DNA of 64,000 nt from Eledone cirrhosa. Its lineage: Eukaryota. Shown here piece after piece: positions 28,337-42,366 of this stretch (its first letter is position 1; every line of letters starts with the position of its first letter). Both the position numbers and the translations under genes were made by a program. Below the pieces are notes generated by a model, which searched no databases, had not been told where the DNA came from, and saw nothing but the letters and a program-made list of their open reading frames with translations. The stretch is from contig OZ024743.1 in NCBI GenBank assembly GCA_964016885.1, forward strand, positions 66,030,001 to 66,094,000, given 5' to 3'.

Positions 28337-28380
28337 TACCACTGATGATGTTGCAGATGTGCGACGAAAGAACTTTGATC
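28337..28380 (+). ncRNA. Type I hammerhead, P3-related
   Basis: TACCA-CTGATGA-T-GTTGCA-GATG-TGCGAC-GAAAG-AA-CTT^TGAT, in an element spanning about 28310-28578 that is homologous to 46050-46295. Confidence 0.62.
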
Positions 28381-28573
28381 GACTATATATATATATATAT
28401 TTATATCTGTATTTTTAACCGCTGGTCAATCAATGATAAACATTGATTGCCAAATAAATTAACTATGGAGATATAAAAGATACACAAGCGAAAACCAGCC
28501 CAAACCAAACAGTGAGTGTGTTCTGTTATTATTTCTGGCAATATTATAACAATATGACCCTCCCCAAGTATAG

Positions 28574-28638
<65 letters not shown>

Positions 28639-28645
28639 TATATAT

Positions 28646-28706
<61 letters not shown>

Positions 28707-28904
28707 GTGAACAAATCGACCTCAGTACTTGACTGGTTCAAGTTCGAAAGGATGAGAAGAAAAGTTGACAACTGCGGGACAGTTTGACTGCCTGTTTTAA
28801 GCACTCGGCCAATTCGCCGCCATCAATGTAATTACCCACTCATGAAATTATATTGTAAATGGTCGAGTATTCCTCAGATATATATAGCCAGGAGCATCGT
28901 TAGG

Positions 28905-29330
28905 CTAGTGCTTATCCCAGTTTCGTTGCATGAAGCGACTGACATTACAAGTCTTCTCTCTGGACAAGACGCCAGTCCATCGCAGGTTTAAACTCACATC
29001 TATTGCTGGTATTAATTTTCAGTTGAGCATACTGGAGCAACGTGAAGTGAAGTGTTTTGCTCAAGAATATATAAAGAAACCCAGGAATCGAACCCACGGC
29101 ATTATGACCGAGGCGTTAATCGACTCAGCGTACATGACTCACCTTTGGACAGGACGCCAGTCTATCGCAGGGTTAAACCCCCATAGATTGCGGGTACTAA
29201 GTTTCAAATGAGTATAGTGGAGCAACGCTAAACGATGTGTTTTGTTCAAGAACACAACACGCAACCCAGTCAAGGAATAGAACCCACGTTATGATCGTAA
29301 GTCCAACACCCTTACCAGTAGGCCACACGG
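28905..29330 (-). mobile_element. Two adjacent S2 SINEs
   Basis: Reverse-complement match to 25580-26092. Confidence 0.72.
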
Positions 29331-29361
29331 TCCACACACACACACACACACATACATACAC

Positions 29362-29408
<47 letters not shown>

Positions 29409-30089
29409 ATATATAGACGTTACGTAATTATCATTCATTATCATTGTAACATGCACAAAAACACACCCATCCTAGGTTCGCCTACAGTGTCTGTCTAACG
29501 GAATTCCCTGTATTGCCTCCCTAGAATGATTGGACCAAACGGAGGCTATTTATGGGCTATAACACTTGATTAATGTGTCTTTAGTGTGATTCGCCCCGGA
29601 GATTGAAGTGGAATTCTTAATAATTCGTTCACGCAGCCACATAAAATGCACCCACATTCACAGGCATAATTGAACGTGTTAGATAAGATTTTAGTATGTG
29701 TAGGCAGAAAACAATATGAGGTGGCTTTTCTGAGAGAATATACTAGTGTCAAATAGCTGCTCACCAACGCAAACATTTGGTTGCGTCATTTTTAGCATTC
29801 ATTAATTATAAACCCACATAAACACGTGGAGTTTCTTACATTCTAGAATAATAATTGATTGGTAATGTGCAAATTAATAGCCCTAATTCACTACTAATGT
29901 GATTTGTCTATTTATCTATCTATCTATTTCTCTTTCTCTTTCTTTCTCTCATTCTCTCTCTCTTTCTCTCTCTCTCTCTCTATCTCCCCCCCCTCTCTCT
30001 CTGTCTGTATGTCCCCCCCCCCATCTCTCTCTTTATATATACACGTATGTAACGTGGATAAATGGTTGTTAAACGTTGTTGATAATGAT

Positions 30090-30273
30090 AATTGTTTCTA
30101 CTTTAGGCACAAGGCCAGCAATTACCCATGCATTACTGGTACTTTATTTTATAGACCCCGTAAGTATGAAAGGCAAAGTTAACCTCGGCGGGATTTAAAC
30201 TCAGATCGTAAAGGGACGTAACTATGCTGGAAAGCATGGCGTCCGACCCTCTACCGATACTGCCAATTCACCG
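30090..30273 (-). mobile_element. SINE S1 with TSD
   Basis: GTTGTTGATAATGATAAT on both sides. Confidence 0.88.
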
Positions 30274-30354
30274 TTGTTGATAATGATAATGATGATGATG
30301 ATGATGATATATATATATCTATATATTTATCTATATATATATATTACGTATATA

Positions 30355-30879
30355 CGAGGGGGATTCAAAAGGTTCGTTGAAAAAGTACAGAGCTAAACAT
30401 CATACGCAGGAATTTTGATCTCAAATCACCAGTACATTCTCGTACTAACGTGTCATAACATTGCATGCTGCAACGTGGGGCCGCCAGTCGGAAGTCAGGT
30501 CTCACTCAAGCAGCATGGCCTCCATCAAAACATCGAATTCATGGTGAAGCTAGGGTGGAAGAGCCTGTCAAAGTATTGATGCTCTGGAGCAAGTTTATGG
30601 GGAATGCCCCTAAGAAATGACAAACCTACAAATGCATAAGTCGTTTTAGAAGTGGAAGAGATGAGGTTCAAGATGATCCCCAGTTGAAGATATTAAAAAA
30701 GGTGCTTTGAGATGGTTTAAATCGCATAGATCTCATGGATTTAAATGGATTTAAAGGCTAGTATCAACGCTTGCAGAAATGTATTGGTCTGGATGGAGCA
30801 TATGTTGCAAAATAAACATCATAACTTAAACCGTTTTTTCCAACTGTTTTTTTTCCACGAATGTTTTGAATTACCCTCG
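30355..30879 (+). mobile_element. Internally deleted mariner element
   Basis: TA-flanked TIRs CGAGGG..ATTCAAAA..TTCGTnGAAAA; remnant of the N-terminal HTH (FMVKLGWK..IDALEQVYGE..ISRFRSGRDEVQDDP). Confidence 0.8.
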
Positions 30880-31041
30880 TATATATATATAATATTTAAT
30901 ATAGAAATGGCTTCTACAGGACTAGAACTGTTTCATTCGAAGGAAATCACGAGGAAATGATTTCCTATATATATATATGTCCCAAGACTCTAACACCATC
31001 AACACCAATAACCCAGAGCTGGCATATCTAAGAACTTACTA

Positions 31042-31097
31042 ACTGCCTGATGAGGTCATAGCCATACAATGGCTATCATCGAAATATATATAGCGGT
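31042..31097 (+). ncRNA. Type I hammerhead, family H-AUA
   Basis: ACTGC-CTGATGA-GGTC-ATAGCCAT-ACA-ATGGCTAT-CATC-GAAAT-ATAT-ATA^GCGGT. Confidence 0.8.
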
Positions 31098-31239
31098 AAA
31101 TAAAGGATTATGAGTTCATACAATTGACTTATGTTTCGTCACTATATAAAGAGAGAGAGAAACAAAAAAGGAAAAAAAAATTTTTTATTCCTCATAATCG
31201 TCTCTTTCTCCCTGTTTTTATATATATATATATATATAT

Positions 31240-31796
31240 AATTAAGTTAAAGTGTACATCTATATATGTATACGGAAGTATCAGTATGCATATATATATA
31301 CATATGTATACACACATGTGATTTATATATATATATATGCATACTGATACTTCCGTATACATATATAGATGTACACTTTAACTTAATTGTTTAAGCGTCA
31401 GTCATACAAAAGTGAGTTAGAAGCGAAACGAAATTTAATTTCGTTTCGTTATTCGTTTTTATCGTTTCCGCTGAACCGGTGCGTACAATGACTCACGTTC
31501 TATGCAAATTAGTCTGCCCACTACTGATTTTCATAGAAAAAGCATATAACGATATGTGCTTTTACAATTCTCCAGAGAAGCCGGAAAGATAGGTATATAT
31601 TGCTGATGAGATGTAATAACATCGAAACTAGTCCAATATTCCTGTCTGGCTCTCTGGAGAATAGAGGAAATGTGTTTCCTTGAAAACTCGTATGACTCTA
31701 AAACCCGGTTCGTCTGTTTACATACAGACTAGCTGGACACTCACTGTAAAGTGTCTAGTGAAAAGCTCGGTACATGTATATATGTATACATATGTG

Positions 31797-31860
<64 letters not shown>

Positions 31861-31978
31861 TACTGATACTTCCGTATACATATATAGATGTACACCTTAA
31901 CTTAATTGTTTAAGCGTCAGTCATACAAAAGTGAGTTAGAAGCGAAACGAAATTTAATTTCGTTTCGTTATTCGTTTT

Positions 31979-31981
<3 letters not shown>
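31240..31981 (+). mobile_element. Hammerhead retrozyme-like element, 519-nt unit, with a direct terminal repeat and an inverted 5' piece
   Basis: 31339-31462 is repeated at 31858-31981; an inverted copy lies at 31240-31300. Confidence 0.78.
31597..31639 (+). ncRNA. Canonical minimal type I hammerhead ribozyme
   Basis: ATATTG-CTGATGA-GATGT-AATA-ACATC-GAAAC-TA-GTC^CAATAT; all core nucleotides and stems are intact. Confidence 0.9.
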
Positions 31982-32021
<40 letters not shown>

Positions 32022-32645
32022 GTATGTGTATATGTATATATATGTATGTATGTAAATATATATATATATATATATATTCGTTTCACCTGTTTATCATATT
32101 TGTATGCGTTTTTGTTTGTGTATGTATATGTATATATGTGAGTGTGTGTGTGTTGATTTGCAACAATGTATCGTTAAACATTTGATTGACTGTTGTAGTC
32201 AGGGGAAATAATCGAACGGTAAAAATATGGCGACCTAACAAGATAGATTTCTTTGTGTATCCTCCAAGGAGTTCCAGAGCAACATTCTTAACCTAGTTTT
32301 GTTTTTCTCAAAGAAATATTCCTGTCGTTTTTACAGATGGTGTAAACATTTTACGTATTTTTTTTTTCTAGTTGGGAAAACCCTAAAATATGTAGAGATT
32401 AGGCGTTTCAGAATCAGTTTGTACAAAAATATGAGGTATTGTGTGAACTTTGTGAAAAAATTTAAAGGGCAAAAGTGACAGTAATAACATCTTTGAAGTA
32501 ACCCGAGAAACCATTATCTATCAACAGTTTGGGAGAGGTCCCTTTTTTTTCAACCACTTGCATCAATAATCTTCTGCAATAGCATGTAAGATAAGTGTGT
32601 TTTTATAGATACACAAATACACAAATTAGAGCATATGATATGCAT

Positions 32646-32716
<71 letters not shown>

Positions 32717-33917
32717 CTTGGACACTTATACATAGAAGAGAAACTCGTTCACCGATATCGAAATACACACATATGCACGTAGTATTAATATATTATATAA
32801 ATAGCATACAGTCTTTCCTAATAATTAGGTGCAGTCTTACACTTACAAACACACACACAGTGATTTATATATATATATATATATATATACATACATACAT
32901 ATATATGTATATATGTATATATATGTATGTATATTTGTATATGTTTCTAGTCAAGTAGAACAGATGCCGATGACGCCCTTAAAAGAAACCCTTGTTTGAC
33001 AATAGAGAATTTGATATAGGGTGGCGGTATTCCAAGGAGAGTTGAACAATAATACAATAGTAAGAGGTTGAGGAAGGAGGGGATTTATATCTTAGGACAT
33101 TTATTGCTTGTTAATACACACAAATTTTCTTGAATATTTATTTATGATTGTGAGCTTGAAATAACCTTTCAACTAAGAATCGGTAATATAAATCTGTTGA
33201 ACATTGCTAAAGAAAGTGGAAAAATGAATCGCGATACCAAGTGGTCTTGCAGATGGTTGTATCTGTTACAATTGATATCACATACCACACACAGAAATGC
33301 CGATTCCTAATTTTTTCTCTTTTTTTTTTACTACATTTGCTTCGTTATTCTGTGTGGAGTTGTGTGTGTGACAGCTCACAGCTATGTAGCTTTAGCTGGC
33401 CTCCTCCAAGGTGTATCTCGTTGGAAATGTCTTGGGTAATTTAATGATAGGGACCCCGGTCCTATCATCTCATTTCTACAGCTGAGTAGACTGCAGCAAC
33501 GTGAAATAAAGTGTCTTGCTCAAGGAAACAACAAATACCCGGTCCGAGAATTGAACTCACAACCTTTCGATTGCAAGCCCAATGCTCTAACCACTAAGCC
33601 ATGCGCCTGTGAAGGCGCGTTTGTGGAGGTGGCACAGTTGATAATGGTATTGAATTTATACGTTGTCTTCTTGTGTTCCGAGATCAGATTTGCGACGTAT
33701 TTTCTTATGCATTCTAAATTATTATTAATAACTTTTTTTATCAAAGTGCTTACCGGAGTGTTTCATTCGTAGTATTTCGTAAGCTTAACCAAGAAATAAA
33801 TTTTAGCGTTTTCCACGAATTGAATCGGCATCACTGATTCATGTCACCAGTTGCTTCATGCTCACTTAATCAGTAATATTTAGCGCTTTATTTCTGGATG
33901 AACATCTTTTCTTTTGG

Positions 33918-34425
33918 TGACGGAATGACAGAATCGTAGAGAACGTCAAATAGAATGCTCTGCAGTCTACGTTCCGGCTCTGAGTTCAAAACCTACCGAG
34001 GTCAACTTAAACTTTATATTTTTCGAAGTCGATTAAAAAAGTACCAATACAGTACTGGGGTCGATTCCTTCTCTCCGTCAGTTTCTCACTTCCCCTCTCT
34101 CTCATTCACTCTCACTCCATTTCTGGCAGAAATCGACTATATTCAGACCCGGACAGGGGATGGGCTCAACCAGGTTTAAAAAAGCCTAAGATACGCCATA
34201 TGTCATAACGGTGTCCCCATGACCGTATCAGATAAAGTACCAATACAGTACTGGGGTCGATTCGTTCTCTCCGTCAGTTTCTCACTTCCCCTCTCTCTCA
34301 TTCACTCTCACTCCATTTCTGGCAGAAATCGACTATATTCAGACCCGGACAGGGGATGGGCTCAACCAGGTTTAAAAAAGCCTAAGATGCGCCATATGTC
34401 ACAACGGTGCCCCTACGACAGTATC
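33918..34425 (+). mobile_element. Older S1-related SINE variant with a 196-bp tandem duplication of its 3' part
   Basis: GTACCAATACAGTACTGGGGTCGATTC occurs at 34041 and 34237; related copies at about 18220-18500, 27075-27490, 27650-27910 and 36200-36480. Confidence 0.65.
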
Positions 34426-34725
34426 AGTGGTTATGGGTTCCTGCAAGCAAATATTTCATAGGCATAAAGAAATTTATTTTGCCTTTTCCAGGAATGGAAC
34501 CCACATCTCTGACTCGGGTTAACACTAGCTCATGTCTCTTAATCCGTAACATTCTGTGTTTTACTGATATTCTTTCTTTACTGCCGCTGCTGTTGCTATT
34601 GATGTTGCCACTACCATTGCAGGTACTGCTCCAGTATGGTCTTTGTCATGATGGCTGAAGTAAACTGAAAATCTTAGTCTCCCACGATTGTTCATTTGTC
34701 TTGTCATATTTACTGTTTATTGAAG

Positions 34726-35042
34726 AGGTGGTGATGGTGAGGTGGTGATTGTGGTGGTGGTGGGAGTGGTGGTGATGGTGATGGTGGTGGTAGTGGTGTT
34801 GGTGATGGTGATGGTGTTGGTAGTGGTGATGGAGTTGGTAGTGGTGATGGTGATGGTGATGGTGGTGATAATGGTGTTGGTGATGGTGGTGATAATGGTG
34901 TTGGTGATGGTAATGCTGGTGATGGTGGTGATAATGGTGGTGATGGTGGTGATGGTGGTGGTGGTGGTGTTGGTGATAATGGTGTTGGTGTTGGTGGTGG
35001 TGGTGATGATGGTGGTGGTGGTGGTAATGATGGTGGTGATGG
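34726..35042. repeat. (GGT/GAT)n trinucleotide array
   Basis: Visible periodicity. Confidence 0.95.
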
Positions 35043-37399
35043 AATAGAAAAAATGAGGAAGAAAAGTAAAGGATTATGACGTTCGTGTGTTTTGCCCCCT
35101 GAGACTTTAAACATATTGACAACGTAACGAGGTGAATTGAAACCAACGGGTAATTGAATCCACTTTTGAGTTTGTGCTTGCCTGGGGCTGAAATCTTGCA
35201 ATGCCAGAATCCCTATATAATATTCCATCAGATAACACAACTCTTATATTTTATTTTATTTTATTTTATTTTGACGTTTACTGACATATCATGCTTCACA
35301 TTGGAAATTTAGATAAACTAACATTTACTTATTTCTTCTCATATTCAAAATAATTATCAGAGGCTGTTTCAGTAAAAAAACAACAACAAAAACAATCCCC
35401 CACAAAAAAAAAAGAAGATACAAAAAGAAAAAGTAACAAACGAGGAAAGAAGGAATTTTCTGAATATCTGTTCCTTGAAAACAGTAACGATCTATAAATA
35501 AAGACTATAATTTTTTTTTATAGATTTATACACGCCTAGGACTTTTAAATCGTTAAGGGAATTCTAAAAATGCCTTTAGGTTATTATATTTCGGGAATAG
35601 GGGTATAAACGATTTTATTAGATCAGAAGTATTCGTTTTCATTTATTTTGAAAAGTTAATACAATGAAATCTATTTAAACGATTTCAATCTAATTGCTGT
35701 ATAGATATCTCTAGTTCAATCTCAACAAAGGTGGTAGTTTTATTTCCGTAACAAAATTCGATACTATTTTATTCTCTAAGCATTTCTTTATTAAGAACAA
35801 TATTTATGTGTGATATTTTTTTACATCAATTATGGAGACCACGAAGGTCGGTGGTTTGTTAGAATCGGTAAAGTGCCACACAAAATACCTTGGGCTATTC
35901 GGCTGAACTCTTTATACTCCAAGTTCAAATCCTGGCAAAACAAATGACACAAAGGTTTGCTAATGATTTCGCTCTGTGCTAATACTTTATTTATCGACCA
36001 CGATAGAATGAAAGACAAAGTAGATCCAGGCCTGATTTAAACAGAAAACGCAAAAGCAGGAATAAATACCACTCCAACATTTCTACTAACCCACTCGTGC
36101 GATTTAGAAAAAATTGACTGCTATTTCCAGCAAATAAAAAGACCACGTATAGACTTATTTCAGGCCAATACAAGGCATTTCTCTTCTCTCATTTCTATAA
36201 CATGTTTTAAGATCAAATCCCGCCGAAATCAACTTTGCTTTCATTTTTTAGATGTCGAAAAATAAAATTCAGAAATGGAGTCGATTCTTCTCGATTCTTC
36301 CTCTATACCTCTTTCTCACTTACTCTGTCTCATTCTCTGTCTTTTTCTGAAAGAAATCGCATGTCTTTAGTCTTGAAGAGGAAATGGACTTCTCTAGGTT
36401 TAAAGTGCCCAAGACATACTTTATGTCACTACAGCAACCCCAACGATACAACCAGAAGTTACGGGGTCATATATACATTATGATTGTCTGTGATTGGCTA
36501 CCAATTGTTCAATACCTGTCCAGTGTAGCAACAGGTTTTCTAAGTAAAAATTATCCAGATTTCTGAACAGGCACTAATAACTAAAATCAATAAATCGTTG
36601 AAATAAACAAGCACTAAAACTTGTAAAACTTTTCTGTCCAATTATTCAAACATTATATTATACATGCATCTCCATACACATACAGGCTTCAGGCAGATAG
36701 CAAATATTATAAAGAATATCTTATTATACATACATACATGCATGCATGCATACATACATTTTAAGACACCCTTTGGTCACGAATGACCATTGGATTTGCA
36801 CCTAGAAAGTTTCCGTTGGAGGCCTAATTCCTGGCAAAGTTGTTTGTGAAAGATCAGCCTCCTCTCTCCTCCACACCGACGTTGTCCAAAGGCAAACGCT
36901 AACACAGCTTGGCACCAATGATATCACAAGTCATTTCTACAGCTGAGTGAACTGGAGCAACGTGAAATAAAGTGTCTTGCTCAAGAAAATAACGCAAAGC
37001 CCGGTGCTTGAATTGATCTCACAATCGTGATTGCCCGACGCTCTAACCACTAAGCCATGCGCCTCCCCGCTCTCTCTTTACGTACACACACATATGCATT
37101 TACATACATACAACATTAGTGGAGGAGAAAGAGCAGAAGAAACTATGATTCCTGGATTATCTCCAGTCGGGAGATCAGATCCGAATCCTTTCAGCATTGT
37201 TGCCTTCAAACTTGAGATCCCCACAGGATGACACTTAAGACTACAAGTGATCTGACAAAGTTAAACTCTACTGAATATATTTGTCTTGCTGTGTCTTTTA
37301 CTGTAATTGCATTCACGTACCTGGCAAATGACTGCCAAAATAATAAAGAAGCTCAACGTTTTCTAACAAGGAATAATCCCGAAAATCATTTATCGAGAC

Positions 37400-37716
37400 C
37401 GGATTACTAATGTAGAGGTGCAGAAGAGAAGCAAACAGAGGCTACTGACTGACACCATCGCTGAAAGGGGCCTGAAACAGGCTAGAGACATTATGCGCAT
37501 GTCTGAGTACCGGATTCCCTCTGTGGCAATGAGATGAATCCCAGTCTGTGGTAAGCGAGAAAAAAGGAGACCCAAGAAAAGCTGGCGCTCAAAGATCTCC
37601 AGGGGATTGGACTAGACTGGACAATTACGTCAGATACCGCAGCTGATCGCGTAAATTGGAGAAGACTCATTGCCCAATAAGCCCCAGGGTATAGGAGGAC
37701 CTAAGATTAAGACTAT
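37400..37716 (+). mobile_element. RTE-like LINE 3' end, decayed
   Basis: RIPSVAMR*IPVCGKR..RPKKSWR..DLQGIGLDW..TAADRVNWRRLIAQ; short (TAAGAy) tail. Confidence 0.7.
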
Positions 37717-38158
37717 GATAGGAACCGTTATAGAAATCGACCTATTCCTCAGGACTTCACTTTATTTTATCCTTTTCAGATTGAAGGAAAGCAAAGAATT
37801 TAACGATCTGTAAATAAATAGGAATTTTGTTAAATGTTTCACTAAACTGAACGTTATGTGTGAATGCAGAAAACACTGGATTGGCAGAATCGGTGGAGCC
37901 TCGTGAAAAATACTTTGCAAAATTTACTGACTTGGCTCATTATGTACTGAATTCAAATCTTACTAAAGTCAACTTTACCTTTCATTCACCAGGGATCGAT
38001 AAAATAACAGTCAAGCACTGGGGTCGATATAATCGACTTTCTCTTGCCCCAGAAACCATTATGTATAGGTGCAGCCAATAAGCGAGAAATATTTCTGTAA
38101 CATTGCACATGTGTATCTCTATACAGTTGCTGAGGGTCCACATTTTAACGACTGAACG

Positions 38159-38211
<53 letters not shown>

Positions 38212-39623
38212 ATAAAGACAAATGTACTTGCTGAAAATCCATTTAAGGAAGGACCCTTATACATTTTAACGCGCTACACATGTACTTTGTATTTGAGAAT
38301 TTAAAAATAGAATAAAGAGAGAGGGGTGAGGGGGAGAAAAAGAAAGAAAGAGAAAGAGAGATGAATACATATGTACTTGTATTGTGTATAGCTGAATGTT
38401 TTACAAAATCAATAGTAATATCGATTACAACTTGAAAACTTCAAACAGTTTTACAATTTCTGTTAGTTAGCTTTCAATAATCGATGACATATTCGTCTTG
38501 TGTAAGTAACAATTAAACAAAGCTGGCGATTTTACTAGTAAAACTTATTTCTCATTTGTGTAAGATGAGTGGAAAATGTAGTTGCATTGTGGTTGACATT
38601 TGTCTTTTTATGTGTTGCTTCTAAATGTCTGATCCATTTATACTGATATCATTTAGTGAGCGCTGTAATATCCGAGGTAAACTGCTGTCAATCCTAATTC
38701 GATAGTGGATAAAAGCATCTACTTTCGGGTCCCAAATAAAAGGAAGGGGGCTGCCAACCTGTCAACTCTTCCCATCTGACGGGGAGATCTCACTTTGGGG
38801 TGGCTGAGAGATGTCTTCTCCTGTGAAAATGGGTATAGCTTTCATTATGTAAAATCTCCCCATTTTGCCTCATTTCTCTCCGTTTTGGGGCACCTTTTTT
38901 TCATAGTACTCCTCGTTTGGGTTTTTAGAGGCTGGAAGGTCTGGGGTTGGAATAAGAGGGGTTTGGCGTCGAGTCGGTAATTTTTGTAGGTTGTCTCTGT
39001 TGATTTTTAAAAAACTAGAATTAGTCGTTTAGTTTACATATTGAAACCCCAACCCATCCTAGTTATTTTATAACGTAAAGGATTTCTAGTAATGTACATG
39101 TTTTGGTCATGTATAATGTTTTTTAATGTATAAAATAAAATTTCGCCGGAGATAAATTAGTAAAATTTAATAAGCAGGGGTGGGGTGGAATAGTAGCGGG
39201 GGTGGGGTGGAATAGTAGCGGGGTGGGGTGGAATAAGAGCAGAGGGTGGGGTGGAAAAAATCTGAAAATTTAATAAGTGGGGTCAGGGACGATTATTCGA
39301 GACATCAGCGTACCATTATTTATCATACACCAATAAATGTTTTCGTAGAAATACTTCCGATGAGCTTTCATCTTTGCTGTTCCATTTTCACGTATTTAAC
39401 CGGAGCACTAGACAGAATAGAATTTTTGATTGCAGTTAGGAACTTCAAATAAAAATGGATGAGACGTAGTTGCCTGATAGTTTCTTCCTTCACATATCCC
39501 AGCTATGAACTCGTCCGGCTTCTTGGTCTCCTAACCACTACAAATTGCAAAAATTCAAAAGCAACATCAATCATCATCTTCTCTCTCCTTAAATTATGTT
39601 CTCATTATCTTGTCCCTTCTTAG

Positions 39624-39845
39624 AGCGGTGGATTGGCAGTATCGGTAGAGGGTCGGACGCCATGCTTTGCAGCATAGAGTTACGGCCCTTTATGATCTGA
39701 GTTCAAATCCCGCCGAGGTTAACTTTGTTTTTCATCCTTATGGGATCGATAAAATAAAGTACCAGACACGCACAGGAGTCTATTTAATCGACTTTCCCCT
39801 CTTCCCGAAAATTGCTGGCCTTGTGCTTATATAAGAAACCATTAT
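39624..39845 (+). mobile_element. SINE S1 full length with TSD
   Basis: CATTATyTTGTCCCTTCT on both sides. Confidence 0.88.
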
Positions 39846-40943
39846 TTTGTCCCTTCTCAAAAAACTTCTGGCATTTTAGTAGTTTTGTTGTCTTGCTTAG
39901 AGCGAGCGAGCAAAAAGAAAAATAATAATAAAAAACCTAATGTAGACATAGTAGTATGAGATAGCAAATATTGTAAGTATTTAGTTTCTTTTCCGGTGAG
40001 TTCTGAGATAAAAATATCACAAAGGTAAATTTGGTTCGTCATTCCTCTTGGGTTGATAAAAAATTAAGGAAATGTAATCAACTACACTTACATATGTGCG
40101 GCGTTGTGTTATTAGGGACAAAATAATAATTCTAAGTTCAGTCGAAAACCAGTGAGAAACAGTGAGAACCAGTAATATTCTATGATCGATCTATTGAACT
40201 GCTGCCCAAGAAATGTATTAATGTAAGGAATCAATATATTAAACTATGAATTTTTAACACTCAATACGCCATTAAAATTGATATGGCAAACCACCAGATT
40301 TTAAAAAGTTATTAGGTAAAATATAAATAACGATTATTAACGATTATTAAGATAACATCCATGAACTTGGCTGGTTGCTTCTGAGATTGCTCCAAGCATT
40401 GGATTTTACCTCAAAAGATTCAATGTCCCGATGTGTTGCATTATAAAATGCACAAAATTTCTATATATCCAGACATGTTTTGTTTTACTTCTACAAATTG
40501 CACGTGTGTAGATCATACATGGCACAGAAGTGTAATGTAGGACAGTTGTTGACAACGTCTGTGTTGAGTGGATATCAACGTGTTAGAAGTATTATTATAG
40601 AATTAGGATCTTCCGGAGAAACACATTCTCTATTCTGTCCGCCGAGCCGCCAGGTGGACAGCGCGTGGATCCCATTTATTTATAGTAGTGAAAGATGGGG
40701 AGAGTGAGAGAGACGCAGGCAGTGAGTGAAAGAGAACATCAACACTTATTTACTTATATATCTATTTGTTTTTTTAAAAATTAATAGTGAATTAGGTTTC
40801 ACTATAGTCATTTATATAGCCAGTAACTTAGCCATAACTGTGGATTCTACACGACCACTTTACAGTGTGGGTTGGTGCTTTTCTGTCCGCCATGCGACCA
40901 GTCAGCCCAGCGGCCAATGCATGGGCCTCCAATTGCTCATAAT

Positions 40944-41128
40944 AATTGTTTCTACTTTAGGCACAAGGCCAGCAATTACTCAGTGTATTACTGGTACTTT
41001 ATTTTATCGACCCCGTAAGGATGAAAGGCAAAGTCAACCTCGGCGAGATTTGAACTCAGATCGTAAAGGGACGTAACTATGCTGGAAAGCATGGCGTCCG
41101 ACCCTCCACCGATACTGCCAATCCACCG
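40944..41128 (-). mobile_element. SINE S1 with TSD
   Basis: TCCAATTGCTCATAATAAT on both sides. Confidence 0.88.
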
Positions 41129-41689
41129 TTCCAATTGCTCATAATAATGAGGGATGGGGAGAGCGGAGGTGACGGAGGCAGTGACTGTCATCTTTATCAT
41201 GTGCAGAGAAGAATGTTTAGCATCATTTCAAAATTTTGTTTTGTTAAAAAGAAGACATTAAAAAAATTAGGACTTTTAACAGTACCACTAACAAGGCGTG
41301 ATTCATGATAAAAGTGTATTTGAAAGTACACACGATATGTTTATAATACACATATATAACGGATTCTGATTTAGGCCCAAGGCCAGCAATTTATGGGAGA
41401 AGGGAATGTCGATTAAATCGACTCCAGTTCGTTACTGGTACTTTATTTTATCGACCCTCGGTGGTCTTTGAACTCAGAACGGAAAACGTCGTAACTCTAT
41501 GCTGCAAAGCATCAGCACCAGCACCAACTACCCGACCCACCCCCACCACAAAACTACAACAGCACCATAACTTCCACCCCACTATGACAAACAATAATGG
41601 TTTCTAATTTAGGCACAAGGCCAACAATTTTGAGAAAGGGGAAAGTCGATTAAAAATCAATAACAACTTTTTGAATCAAAAGATTATAA

Positions 41690-42366
41690 ATCAGCCAGCT
41701 AACCACCCAACCGACCAGCCAACCAACCAATCACCCAAACACCCAACCACCCAACCAGCCAGCCAACTATCGAGAGACCCAACTACCAAACCAGCCATCC
41801 ACCCAGCCAACCAGCCAACCACCAACCACCCAACCACCCAATAAGACAGCCAACCAACCAACCACCCAACCAACCAACCAACCAACCAACCAACCAACCA
41901 ACCAACCAGGCAACCAGGCAACCAAGCAACCAACCAGCCAAGAACAAGCTAGCCAACCAACCAGCCAAACCCCGCCCCCATCTCCTCAACCACCCAGCCA
42001 GCCAGCCAACCCCCAACCAGCCAACTACCCAACCACCCAACCACCCAATCTATCCCCCCCCCCAACCAGCCCCCCTCCTCCCCCAACCTCCCAACCAGTC
42101 AGCCAACCCCCAACCAGCCAACTACCCAACCACCCAACCACCCAATCTATCCCCCCCAACCACCCCCCAACCTCCCAACCAGTCAGCCAACCACCCAACC
42201 ACCCAACGAGCCAACCAATCAACCAGCCAGCCAGCCAATAACTAGCTAGCCAACCAACCAACCACCCAACCAACCAGCCAACCCCCAACCAACACCCAGC
42301 CAGCCAACCAGCCAGCCAACCACCCAACTAACCCCCCCCCCTCCAACCATCCACCCAGCCAGCCAG
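41690..42366. repeat. Degenerate (CCAA/CCAG)n array with an internal duplication
   Basis: Visible periodicity. Confidence 0.92.

Noticed and set aside
33540-33608. tRNA-like sequence on the minus strand (also the heads of S1 copies)
   Set aside because: Continues directly into a SINE body; multi-copy and degenerate, so a SINE head rather than a tRNA gene
34646-35240. His-rich and Pro-rich ORFs resembling extensin or histidine-rich proteins
   Set aside because: Produced by a (GGT/GAT)n array that is open in several frames; no coding context
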